64,000 bases of DNA from Squalus acanthias (lineage: Eukaryota), in contig CM059433.1 in the NCBI GenBank assembly GCA_030390025.1, forward strand, positions 5,704,001-5,768,000, in the 5' to 3' direction. Below the pieces are notes generated by a model. The model saw only the letters and a program-made list of their open reading frames with translations. It made no database searches and had not been told where the DNA came from. Of this stretch, positions 22,780 through 34,400 are shown piece by piece. The stretch's first letter is position 1. Each line of letters begins with the position of its first letter. A program made the position numbers and the translations under genes.

Positions 22780-25700
22780 AATCAGACTAGGGTCCTGAAT
22801 TTAAATAAAGGAAACTACGATGGTATGAGGCGCGAATTGGCTAGGATGGATTGGGGAACGTTACTTAAAGGGTTGACGGTGGATAGGCAATGGCAAACAT
22901 TTAAAGATCGCATGGATAAACTACAGAATTTGTTCATCCCTGTTTGGCATAAAAATAAAACAAAAAAGGTGACTCAACCGTGGCTAATAAGGGAAATTAG
23001 AGATAGCATAAGATCCAAGGAGAGGACATATAAATTGGCCAGAAAAAGCAGCAAACCTGACGATTGGGAGCAGTTTAGGATTCAGCAAAGGAGGACAAAG
23101 GGATTAATTAAGAGGGGGAAAATAGAGTATGAGAGTAAGCTGGCAGGGAACATAAAAACTGACTGTAAAAGCTTCTATAGATATGTGAAGAGAAAAAGAT
23201 TGGTGAAGTCAAGCGTAGGTCCCTTGCAGTCAGAATCAGGGGAATTTATAATGGGGAACATAGAAATGGCAGACCAATTAAATACATACTTTGGTTCTGT
23301 CTTCACAAAGGATGACACAAATAACCTCCCAGAGATGTCGGGGAACATAGGGTCTAATGAGAGGGAGGAACTGAATGAAATCAGTATTTGTAGGGAAATG
23401 GTGTTAGGGAAATTGATGGGATTGAAGGCCGATAAATCCCCAGGGCCTGATAATCTACACCATATGGTACTTAAAGAAGTGGCCCTCGAAATAGTAGATG
23501 CATTGCTGGTCATCTTCCAAAATTCTATAGACTCTGGAACAGTTCCCATGGATTGGAGGGTAGCTAATGTAACCCCACTATTTAAAAAAGGTGGGAGAGA
23601 GAAAACGGGGAATTATAGACCAGTAAGCCTGACATCAGTAGTGGGGAATATGCTAGAGTCCATTCTAAAAGATGTAATAGCAGAGCACTTGGAAAACAGT
23701 GACAGGATCGGACAAAGTCAACATGGATTTACCAAAGGTAAATCATGCTTGACTAATCTACTGGAATTTTTTGAGGATGTAACTGGTAGAATAGATAAGG
23801 GGGAACCAGTGGATGTGGTGTATTTGGACTTTCAGAAGGCTTTCGCTAAGGTCCCGCATAAGAGATTGGCGTGCAAAGTTAAAGCACATGGGATTGTGGG
23901 GGTAAGGTACTGACTTGGATAGAGAACTGGTTGGCAGACAGGAAGCAAAGAGTTGGAATAAACGGGTCTTTTTCCGAGTGGCAGGCAGTAACTAGTGGGG
24001 TACCACAGGGATCGGTGCTAGGACCCCAGTTATTCACAATATATATTAATGATCTAGACGAGGGTGTAGGGGGTGGTGTGGTAGGGGTCAGCCTCACCTC
24101 TGACTCAGCGAGCGGTTCGAATCGCTCCCACGCCCCTGGTTCTGGACCTTGGACTTATTTGGGGGTTGTGAACAAAGATGCAGTAGACAATAGGTTCCGA
24201 TGAAAGAATTTTGACTTTTATTAAAAGAAAAGGTAACAAACTTAAAACACACAAAACACTTAAACAGGTTGGGGAGCACACGGGACAGGCGAGGGAGAAC
24301 GACAATATACAAAAACCCTTATCCCTCCCAAAAATCCCACTATCTAGCTAGGTCTTGGTTTCAGGAGATCAGGGATAATGCTCACCAAACAGGGGTTCTG
24401 ACAGTGCGAAATCCAGCCAGGTAAGTTGATTGCGATTTTGAGGTATTCTGTTTTTGTCCTTTGGGGCCTTCCGTCCCCACGTGGTACCAGTCTGTGAAAT
24501 CTGCGATGGTGGTCTGGTCGTCGAGTTTTGTTGCATTGGAGGCTTGTCGGGGCGGTACCTTCTGGGGCTGGACCATGGATTGAGCGATGCCGACTCGCTC
24601 CCAGCCTCCAGTGACCTTGGCTAGTGGCTGCTAGTGCTAGACCGTGTGTTGAGCGATGCCGACTCGCTCCCAGTGGCCTCAGCTCTAGCCCTTGCCTGGC
24701 CTAGTCTGTCTTTGCCTCCGATCTCGCCCCGGGTCTGCCCCGGGGCCTTGCTGCTTCTCTCCACCTCCTGCTCGTGTCGTGTGGCTGGTAGTGTCTTGCT
24801 GGAACTTGCTGCAACTGGAACAGATCTGAGAGAGACTTTCTTGGGGGATTAGGCCCTCAATTATACTGTTCAGACCCTTTGTCTTTTTCGCGCCAAAACC
24901 CCTTTCCTAAATCGGTTTCGTGTTGAAGTGATTTAGGTTTCAGTTGAGGCCTGTTCATTCCATTGTCTTAGTTTTGCGGGCTTGTTAAGTTTTGATGGTT
25001 TTAAGTTGGTGTTAAATTGTCCTGATGGCTTCCGATGTCTCCCATTTAGGCAGGGCCTTTATCTTGTGCCAAATCTTGTCCCTATAGATACCTGGCTGAT
25101 TGGTTTTTGATGAAGTAATGGCTGTACTAGATGTTTTATTGTTTACAGTCTTCTGGCATCCTGTTTGGGCCTGGGGATATTCAAAAGGTGTCTTGAATTA
25201 TTCAATTTTGGATGTGTTGTGAGGTTTTGGGTGAGGTTCTTCCTCCTGCCTGGATTGCAGTGCAAACAAATTCCAGACAGCTTGACACCAAAAGTTGTCC
25301 ACTGCCTCGCCACACCCCTTCGCAAAGGTGTTTTATTTTCCATAGTCATTTTCAAAAGTCATTTTTCCTCAGGTTTTTTTCTTCCCTGATCTTTAAAATG
25401 TCCAAAACTGAGGTTTTTACCTCAAATCATCCCAAATTCGTAGGAAAAATCCAAAAATCACCCCTTTTAGGGTTCTATACGAGTTTCTGGGGAATTTTGC
25501 AAAGCTTACAGGGAACTAGATGTAATATCTCCAAGTTTGCAGACGACACAAAGTTGGGTGGGCGTGTGTGTTGTGAGGAGGATGCAGAGAAACTCCAGTA
25601 TGATTTGGACAAGTTGGGTGATTGGGCAGGTGCATGGCAGATGCAGTATAATGTGGATAAATGCGAGGTTATCCACTTTGGTGGCGAAAACAGGAAGGCA

Positions 25701-26475
25701 GATTATTATCTGAACGGCAATAGATTGGGAAATGGGGAAGTGCAACGAGACCTGGGGGTCCTTGTGCACCAGTCGTTGAAGGTAAGCATGCAGGTGCAGC
25801 ATGCGGTTAAGAAGGCAAATGGTATATTGGCCTTCATAGCGAGAGGATTCGAGTACAGGGGCAAGGATGTCTTGCTGCAGTTGTACAGGGCCTTGGTGAG
25901 ACCACACCTTGAGTATTGTGTGCAGTTTTGGTCGCCTTATCTGAGGAAGGATGCTCTTGCCATGGAGGGAGTGCAGCGAAGATTCACCAGACTGATGCCT
26001 GGGATGGCAGGAATGACGTATGAAGAGAGATTGGGACGATTGGGCTTGTATTCGCTAGAGTTTAGAAGAATGAGAGGGGATCTCATTGAAACTTATAAAA
26101 TTCTAACAGGACTAGACAGACTAGATGCAGGAAGGATGTTCCCGATGGCGGGTGAGTCCAGAAACAGGGGTCACAGTCTAAGGATAAGGGGTAAGCCATT
26201 TAGGACTGAGATGAGGAGGAATTTATTCACCCAGAGAGTGTTGAACCTGTGGAATTCTCTACCACAGAAGGCAGTTGAGGCCAATTCATTAAATATCTTC
26301 AAGAAGGAGTTAGATATATTTCTTAAGGCTAAGGGGATCAAGGGATATGGGGAGAAAGCAGGGACAGGGTACTGAATTTGGATGATCAGCCATGATCTCA
26401 TTGAATGGCGGAGCAGGCTCGAGGGGCCGAATGGCCTACTCCTGCTCCTATCTTCTATGTTTCTATGTTTCTATG
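22780..26475 (+). mobile_element. CR1 LINE 'A', 5'-truncated ORF2, split by a solo LTR
   Basis: [60 protein letters not shown]. (CTATGTTT)n tail. Frameshift at ~23900. Confidence 0.96.
24065..25510 (-). mobile_element. 1446-bp solo-LTR-like insertion (TGTA...TACA)
   Basis: Precisely interrupts the CR1 sequence gacgaggg|aactag, and GGG (or AGGG) is duplicated. Minus-strand AATAAA at 24217-24222. No coding homology recognised. Confidence 0.75.
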
Positions 26476-28161
26476 ACAGTCACTCTCACCTCACCTCTGG
26501 AATTCAGCTCTTTTGTCCATGTTTGGACCAAGGCTGTAATGCGGTCAGGAGCCAAGTGGTCCTGACGGAAACCAAACTGGTCATCGGTGAGCTGGTTATT
26601 TGTGCCTTTGTTAGTGCCGCTTGATAGCATTGTCGATGACAGCTTCCATCACTTTGCTGATGATGGAGAGATGGCTGATGGGATGGTAACGGGCTGTCGG
26701 ATTAGTCCAGCTTTTTGTGGACTGTACATACCTGGCCAATTTACCACTTTGTCGGGGAGATGCCAGTACGGGAACAGCTTGGATAGTGTTGCAGCTAGTT
26801 CTGGACACAGGTCTTCAGCACTGCAGCCGCGATGTTGTCAGAACCCATAGCCTTTGCTGTATCCAGTGCGCTGTACCGTTCTTGATATCACGTGGAGTGA
26901 AGTGAATTAGCTGAAGACTGGCTTCTGTGAGGGTGGGACCTCAGGAGCAGGCCGAGATGCATCATCCACTTGGCACTTGTGACTGAAGATGGTTGCGAAG
27001 GCTTCAGCCTTGTCTTTTTCACTCAGGTGCTGTGCTCCGCCATCATTGAGGATGTGGATGTTCAAGGAGCCTCCTCCTCCCGTTAGTTGTTTAATTGTCC
27101 ATCACCATTCCCGACTGGATGTGACAGGACTGCAGAGCTTTGATCTGATCCATTGGGTGTGGGATCGCTTAGCTCTGTCTATAGCACGCTGCCTCCGCTG
27201 TTTAACATGCATATAGTCCTGTGTTGTAGCTTCACCAAGTTGGTTTCTGATTTTCTGATACACCTGGTGCAGCTCCTGGAATGCTCTTCAACACTCCTTA
27301 TTGAACCAGGGCTGGTTTGATGGTAATGGTAGAATGAGGGATATGCCGGGCCATGAGTTTACAGATTATGGTGGAATACAATTCTGTTGCTGCTGATGGC
27401 CCACAGCGCCTCATGGATGCCCAGTTTTGAGCTGCTAGATGTGTTCTTAATCTATCCCATTTAGCACAGTGGTAGGGCACAGAACACGATGAAGGGGTGT
27501 CCTCAGTGACTCGGTAGTACCATGATTGACCAAGCTGGCTGAGTCCTGAAGGACATAGCAGCCAGACTGACTCACGGCAGGTGGTGAGAGAACAAACACG
27601 AGCCTCTACCGAGCAACACTTGGTGATGGACATTGAAGTCCCCCACCCAGAGTACATTCTGTGCACCAGCAGCCACAGTGCGCCGGAGGAGGAGGGAGTA
27701 AATGTTTAAGATGGTGGATGGGGAGCTGATTAAGCGGCCTGCTTTCCCCTGGATTGTGTCGAGCTTTGTGAGTGTTGTTGGAGCTGCAACCGTCCAGGCA
27801 AGTGGAGAATATTCCATCGCACTCCTGACTTGTGCCTTGTAGGGGGTGGAAAGGCTTTGGGGAGTCAGGAGGTGGTGAGTCACTTGCGCAGAATACCCAG
27901 CATCTGACTAGCTCTTGTAGGCACAGTATTTATTTGGCTGATCTAGTTAAGTTTTTGGTCAATGGTGACCCCCAGGATGTTGATGGTGGGGAATTCAATG
28001 ATGGTAATGCCATTGACTGTCATGGGGAGGTGGTTAGACTCTCTCTTGTTGGAGATGGTCATTGTCTGGCACTTGTGTGTCACAAATGTTACTTGCCACT
28101 TATCATCCCCAACCTGCATGTTGTCCAGGTCTTGCTGCACGTGGACACAGACTGCCTCATT
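26476..28161 (-). mobile_element. Rearranged mosaic of the single-ORF LINE; repeated in each array unit
   Basis: 26476-27505 is homologous to 178-1220. 27506-27602 is inverted. 27606-27665 is endonuclease (VLWVGDFNVHHQ). 27666-28161 is homologous to 20820-21312. Confidence 0.9.
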
Positions 28162-28682
28162 GGGCCAAAAATTCGGCACTTGCCGGGTGAGTACGCGCTG
28201 TGTACTCACCCGTAAGGCCTCCTGAAGTGCCGGTTTCCTGCATGCACTGCGCATGCGCGGGAAACTGGAACTTCCGGTCTCGTGAAGGGAGGGGTTCAGA
28301 GGTGAACCGCGTGCACGGGAGAGGCTGCGCGCACGCAGGGAACTTAGTTTTTTTTTCAGATTTCTCCGGGAAGGTAAGTATGGAAGAAGCTGCGCTTTTA
28401 AAAAGGAGGCGCAGGACCCGTTTTTAACAAGGTAAGTGGTTAATTAATTACAATTAAAAAAAATTTTCAACAGGTTTATCTTTTTTAGATACTTTAAAGA
28501 AAGGTAAGTTTATTTTTAGCACTCTTAAAAAGTACTTTAATTTTTTCAAAAATTTAAATTTTTGTTTTAAGTAGTTAATTTATTTAACTTATAGTTATTT
28601 TAAAAATGTGATGGTTTTTTAAAAAATGTATTTGAAGTTTAGGTGTTGTTTTGGGGCCGATTTCAATTCATAGATTTGACAG
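28162..28682. mobile_element. Left ~520 bp of a Harbinger-like MITE related to 15814-16555; copies start at 34883, 41604, 46620, 51626, 56631 and 61637
   Basis: GGGCCAAAAATT terminus, with the same hairpin, tgcatgcactgcgcatgcgc, gtgaaccgcgtgcacg and AT-rich block as the complete MITE. Truncated by CR1-B. Confidence 0.88.
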
Positions 28683-29786
28683 GTCTTGGTTGGCGGACAG
28701 AAAGCAGAGAGTAGGAATTAATGGGTCTTTTTCCGAATGGCAAGTAGTGACTAGTGGGGTACCGCAGGGATCGGTCCTTGGACCCCAGCTATTCACAATA
28801 TACATTAATGATCTAGATAAGGGAACTAAATGTAATATCTCCAAGTTTGCAGATGACACAAAGCTGGGTGGGAGTGTGTGCTGCGAGGAGGATACCGAGA
28901 AACTCCAGGATGATTTGGACAGGTTGGGTGATTGGGCAGAAGTGTGGCAGATGCAATATAACGTGGATAAATGCGAGGTTATCCACTTTGGTGTCAAAAA
29001 CAGAAAGGCAGACTATTATCTGAATGGCAATAGATTGGGAGAAGGGGAAGTGCAACGAGACCTGGGTGTCCTTGTGCACCAGTCGCTGAAAGTAAGCATG
29101 CAGGTGCAGCAGGCGGTGAAGAAGGCAAATGGTATGTTGGCCTTCATAGCGAAAGGGTTTGAGTATAGGAACAGGGATGTCCTGCTGCAGTTGTACAGGG
29201 CCTTGGTGAGACCACACCTTGAGTACTGTGTGCAGTTTTGGTCGCCTTATCTGAGGAAGGATGTTCTTGCCATGGAAGGAGTTCAGCGAAGATTCACAAG
29301 GCTGATACCTGGGATGGCAGGAATGACATATGAGGAGAGATTGGGTCGATTGGGCTTATACTCGCTGGAGTATAGAAGAATGAGAGGGGATCTCATCGAA
29401 ACATATAAAATTCTGACAGGTCTGGACAAACTAGATGCAGGAAGAATGTTCCCGATGGTCGGAGAGTCCAGAACCAGGGGTCATAATCTAAGGATAAGGG
29501 GTAAGCCATTTAGGACAGAAATGAGGAAGAATTTCTTCACCCAGAGAGTGGTGAACCTGTGGAATTCTCTACCACAGAAGGTAGTTGAGGCCAAGTCATT
29601 AAATATATTCAAGAATGAGTTAGATATATTTCTTAAAGCTAAAGGTATCAAGGGATATGGGGAGAAGGCAGGTACAGGGTACTGAGTTTGGATGATCAGC
29701 CATGATCTCATCGAATGGCGGAGCAGGCTCGAGGGGCCGAATGGCCTACTCCTGCTCCTATCTTCTATGTTTCTATGTTTCTATGT
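28683..29786 (+). mobile_element. CR1 LINE 'B', 5'-truncated, with an uninterrupted C-terminal RT frame; one copy per unit
   Basis: WLADRKQRV...[10 protein letters not shown]...KFADDTKL...to stop at 29685, then 3' UTR and (CTATGTTT)n. Lacks the endonuclease and RT motif A. Confidence 0.96.
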
Positions 29787-31488
29787 CTTCACAAAGGAGG
29801 ACACAAATAACCTCCCAGAGATGTCGGGGAACATAGGGTCTAATGAGAGGGAGGAACTGAATGAAATCAGTATTTGTAGGGAAATGGTATAAGGGAAATT
29901 GACGGGATTGAAGGCCGATAAATCCCCAGGGCCTGATAATCTACATCCTAGGGTACTTAAGGAAGTGGCCCTAGAAATAGTAGATGCATTGCTGGTCATC
30001 TTCCAAACTTCTATAGACTCTGGAACAGTTCCCATGGATTGGAGGGTAGCTAATGTAACCCCACTATTTAAAAGAGGTGGTAGAGAGAAAATGGGGAATT
30101 ATAGACCGGTAAGCCTGACATCGGTAGTGGGGAAAATGCTCGAGTCCATTATAAAAGATGTAATAGCAGAGCACTTGGAAAACAGTGACAGGATCGGACA
30201 AAGTCAACATGGATTTACAAAAGGTAAATCATGCTTGACTAATCTACAGGGTGTAACTGGTAGAATAGATAAGGGAGAACCAGTACACGTGGTGTATTTG
30301 GACTTTCAGAAGGCTTTCGATAAGGTCCCGCATAAGAGATTAGCGTGCAAAGTTAAAGCACATGGGATTGGTGGGGGTAAGGTACTGACTTGGATAGAAA
30401 ACTGGTTGGCAGACAGGAAGCAAAGAGTTGGAATAAACGGGTCTTTTTCCGAGTGGCAGGCAGTGACTAGTGGGGTACCGCAGGGATCGGTGCTAGGACC
30501 CCAGCTATTCACAATATATATTAATGATCTAGACGAGGGAACTAGATGTAATATCTCCAAGTTTGCAGACAACACAAAGCTGGGTGGGCGTATGTGCTGT
30601 GAGGAGGTTGCAGAGAAACTGCAGTATGATTTGGACAGGTTGGGTGATTGGGCAGATGCATGGCAGATGCATGGATAAATGCGAGGATATCCACTTTGGT
30701 GGCAAAAACAGGAAGGCACATTATCTGAACGGCAATAGATTGGGAAAAGGGGAAGTGTAACGAGACCTGCGTGTCCTTGTGCACCAGTCGCTGAAGGTAA
30801 GCATGCAGGTGCAGCAGGCGGTTAAGAAGGCAAATGGTATGTTGGCCTTCATAGCGAAAGGGTTTGAGTATAGGAACAGGGATGTCCTGCTGCAGTTGTA
30901 CAGGGCCTTGGTGAGACCACACCTTGAGTACTGTGTGCAGTTTTGGTCGCCTTATCTGAGGAAGGATGTTCTTGCCATGGAAGGAGTTCAGCGAAGATTC
31001 ACAAGGCTGATACCTGGGATGGCAGGAATGACATATGAGGAGAGATTGGGTCGATTGGGCTTATACTCGCTGGAGTATAGAAGAATGAGAGGGGATCTCA
31101 TCGAAACATATAAAATTCTGACAGGTCTGGACAAACTAGATGCAGGAAGAATGTTCCCGATGGTCGGAGAGTCCAGAACCAGGGGTCATAATCTAAGGAT
31201 AAGGGGTAAGCCATTTAGGACAGAAATGAGGAAGAATTTCTTCACCCAGAGAGTGGTGAACCTGTGGAATTCTCTACCACAGAAGGTAGTTGAGGCCAAG
31301 TCATTAAATATATTCAAGAATGAGTTAGATATATTTCTTAAAGCTAAAGGTATCAAGGGATATGGGGAGAAGGCAGGTACAGGGTACTGAGTTTGGATGA
31401 TCAGCCATGATCTCATCGAATGGCGGAGCAGGCTCGAGGGGCCGAATGGCCTACTCCTGCTCCTATCTTCTATGTTTCTATGTTTCTA
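29784..31488 (+). mobile_element. 1705-bp chimeric CR1 (5' from A, 3' from B); second copy at 36505-38209
   Basis: A-type variants up to gcggTTaag (~30823); B-type variants from atagcgaAAGGGTTT (~30858) onward. Confidence 0.92.
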
Positions 31489-34400
31489 TGTCTTCACAAA
31501 GGAGGACACAAATAACCTCCCAGAGATGTCGGGGAACATAGGGTCTAATGAGAGGGAGGAACTGAATGAAATCAGTATTTGTAGGGAAATGGTATAAGGG
31601 AAATTGACGGGATTGAAGGCCGATAAATCCCCAGGGCCTGATAATCTACATCCTAGGGTACTTAAGGAAGTGGCCCTAGAAATAGTAGATGCATTGCTGG
31701 TCATCTTCCAAACTTCTCTAGACTCTGGAACAGTTCCCATGGATTGGAGGGTAGCTAATGTAACCCCACTATTTAAAAGAGGTGGTAGAGAGAAAATGGG
31801 GAATTATAGACCAGTAAGCCTGACATCGGTAGTGGGGAAAATGCTAGAGTCCATTATAAAAGATGTAATAGCAGAGCACTTGGAAAACAGTGACAGGATC
31901 GGACAAAGTCAACATGGATTTACAAAAGGTAAATCATGCTTGACTAATCTACAGGGTGTAACTGGTAGAATAGATAAGGGAGAACCAGTACACGTGGTGT
32001 ATTTGGACTTTCAGAAGGCTTTCGATAAGGTCCCGCATAAGAGATTAGCGTGCAAAGTTAAAGCACATGGGATTGGTGGGGGTAAGGTACTGACTTGGAT
32101 AGAAAACTGGTTGGCAGACAGGAAGCAAAGAGTTGGAATAAACGGGTCTTTTTCCGAGTGGCAGGCAGTGACTAGTGGGGTACCGCAGGGATCGGTGCTA
32201 GGACCCCAGCTATTCACAATATATATTAATGATCTAGACGAGGGAACTAGATGTAATATCTCCAAGTTTGCAGACAACACAAAGCTGGGTGGGCGTATGT
32301 GCTGTGAGGAGGTTGCAGAGAAACTGCAGTATGATTTGGACAGGTTGGGTGATTGGGCAGATGCATGGCAGATGCATGGATAAATGCGAGGATATCCACT
32401 TTGGTGGCAAAAACAGGAAGGCACATTATCTGAACGGCAATAGATTGGGAAAAGGGGAAGTGTAACGAGACCTGCGTGTCCTTGTGCACCAGTCGCTGAA
32501 GGTAAGCATGCAGGTGCAGCAGGCGGTTAAGAAGGCAAATGGTATGTTGGCCTTCATAGCGAGAGGATTCGAGTACAGGAGCAAGGATGTCTTGCTGCAG
32601 TTGTACAGGGCCTTGGTGAGACCACACCTTGAGTATTGTGTGCAGTTTTGGTCGCCTTATCTGAGGAAGGATGCTCTTGCCATGGAGGGAGTGCAGCGAA
32701 GATTCACCAGACTGATACCTGGGATGGCAGGAATGACGTATGAAGAGAGATTGGGTCGATTAGGCTTATATTCGCTAGAGTTTAGAAGAATGAGAGGGGA
32801 TCTCATTGAAACTTATAAAATTCTAACAGGACTAGACAGACTAGATGCAGGAAGGCTGTTCCCGATGGCGGGGGAGTCCAGAACCAAGGGTCACAGTCTA
32901 AGGATAAGGGGTAAGCCATTTAGGACTGAGAGGAGGAGGAATTTCTTCACCCAGAGAGTGGTGAACCTGTGGAATTCTCTACCACAGAAGGCAGTTGAGG
33001 CCAATTCATTAAATATCTTCAAGAAGGAGTTAGATATATTTCTTAAGGCTAAGGGGATCAAGGGATATGGGGAGAAAGCAGGGACAGGGTACTGAATTTG
33101 GATGATCAGCCATGATCACATTGAATGGCGGAGCAGGCTCGAGGGGCCGAATGGCCTACTCCTGCTCCTATCTTCTATGTTTCTATGTTTCTATGACAGT
33201 CACTCTCACCTCACCTCTGGAATTCAGCTCTTTTGTCCATGTTTGGACCAAGGCTGTAATGCGGTCAGGAGCCAAGTGGTCCTGACGGAAACCAAACTGG
33301 TCATCGGTGAGCTGGTTATTTGTGCCTTTGTTAGTGCCGCTTGATAGCATTGTCGATGACAGCTTCCATCACTTTGCTGATGATGGAGAGATGGCTGATG
33401 GGATGGTAACGGGCTGTCGGATTAGTCCAGCTTTTTGTGGACTGTACATACCTGGCCAATTTACCACTTTGTCGGGGAGATGCCAGTACGGGAACAGCTT
33501 GGATAGTGTTGCAGCTAGTTCTGGACACAGGTCTTCAGCACTGCAGCCGCGATGTTGTCAGAACCCATAGCCTTTGCTGTATCCAGTGCGCTGTACCGTT
33601 CTTGATATCACGTGGAGTGAAGTGAATTAGCTGAAGACTGGCTTCTGTGAGGGTGGGACCTCAGGAGCAGGCCGAGATGCATCATCCACTTGGCACTTGT
33701 GACTGAAGATGGTTGCGAAGGCTTCAGCCTTGTCTTTTTCACTCAGGTGCTGTGCTCCGCCATCATTGAGGATGTGGATGTTCAAGGAGCCTCCTCCTCC
33801 CGTTAGTTGTTTAATTGTCCATCACCATTCCCGACTGGATGTGACAGGACTGCAGAGCTTTGCTCTGATCCATTGGGTGTGGGATCGCTTAGCTCTGTCT
33901 ATAGCACGCTGCCTCCGCTGTTTAACATGCATATAGTCCTGTGTTGTAGCTTCACCAAGTTGGTTTCTGATTTTCTGATACACCTGGTGCAGCTCCTGGA
34001 ATGCTCTTCAACACTCCTTATTGAACCAGGGCTGGTTTGATGGTAATGGTAGAATGAGGGATATGCCGGGCCATGAGTTTACAGATTATGGTGGAATACA
34101 ATTCTGTTGCTGCTGATGGCCCACAGCGCCTCATGGATGCCCAGCTTTGAGCTGCTAGATGTGTTCTTAATCTATCCCATTTAGCACAGTGGTAGGGCAC
34201 AGAACACGATGAAGGGGTGTCCTCAGTGACTCGGTAGTACCATGATTGACCAAGCTGGCTGAGTCCTGAAGGACATAGCAGCCAGACTGACTCACGGCAG
34301 GTGGTGAGAGAACAAACACGAGCCTCTACCGAGCAACACTTGGTGATGGACATTGAAGTCCCCCACCCAGAGTACATTCTGTGCACCAGCAGCCACAGTG

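Noticed and set aside
25212..26375. 387-aa ORF as an LTR-CR1 fusion protein
   Set aside because: The N-terminal ~100 codons are chance read-through of the antisense LTR end into the CR1 frame; the product lacks motifs A and B.
26382..28254. Many short ORFs repeated in each array unit
   Set aside because: They are antisense or off-frame shadows of LINE fragments, conserved only because the units are recent copies.
28651..29685. Repeated 344-aa RT-like ORF as a tandem gene family, retron or DGR-type system
   Set aside because: It is a 5'-truncated CR1 ORF2 with a CR1 3' UTR and tail. The start is a TTG inside MITE sequence, motif A is missing, and there is no prokaryotic context.
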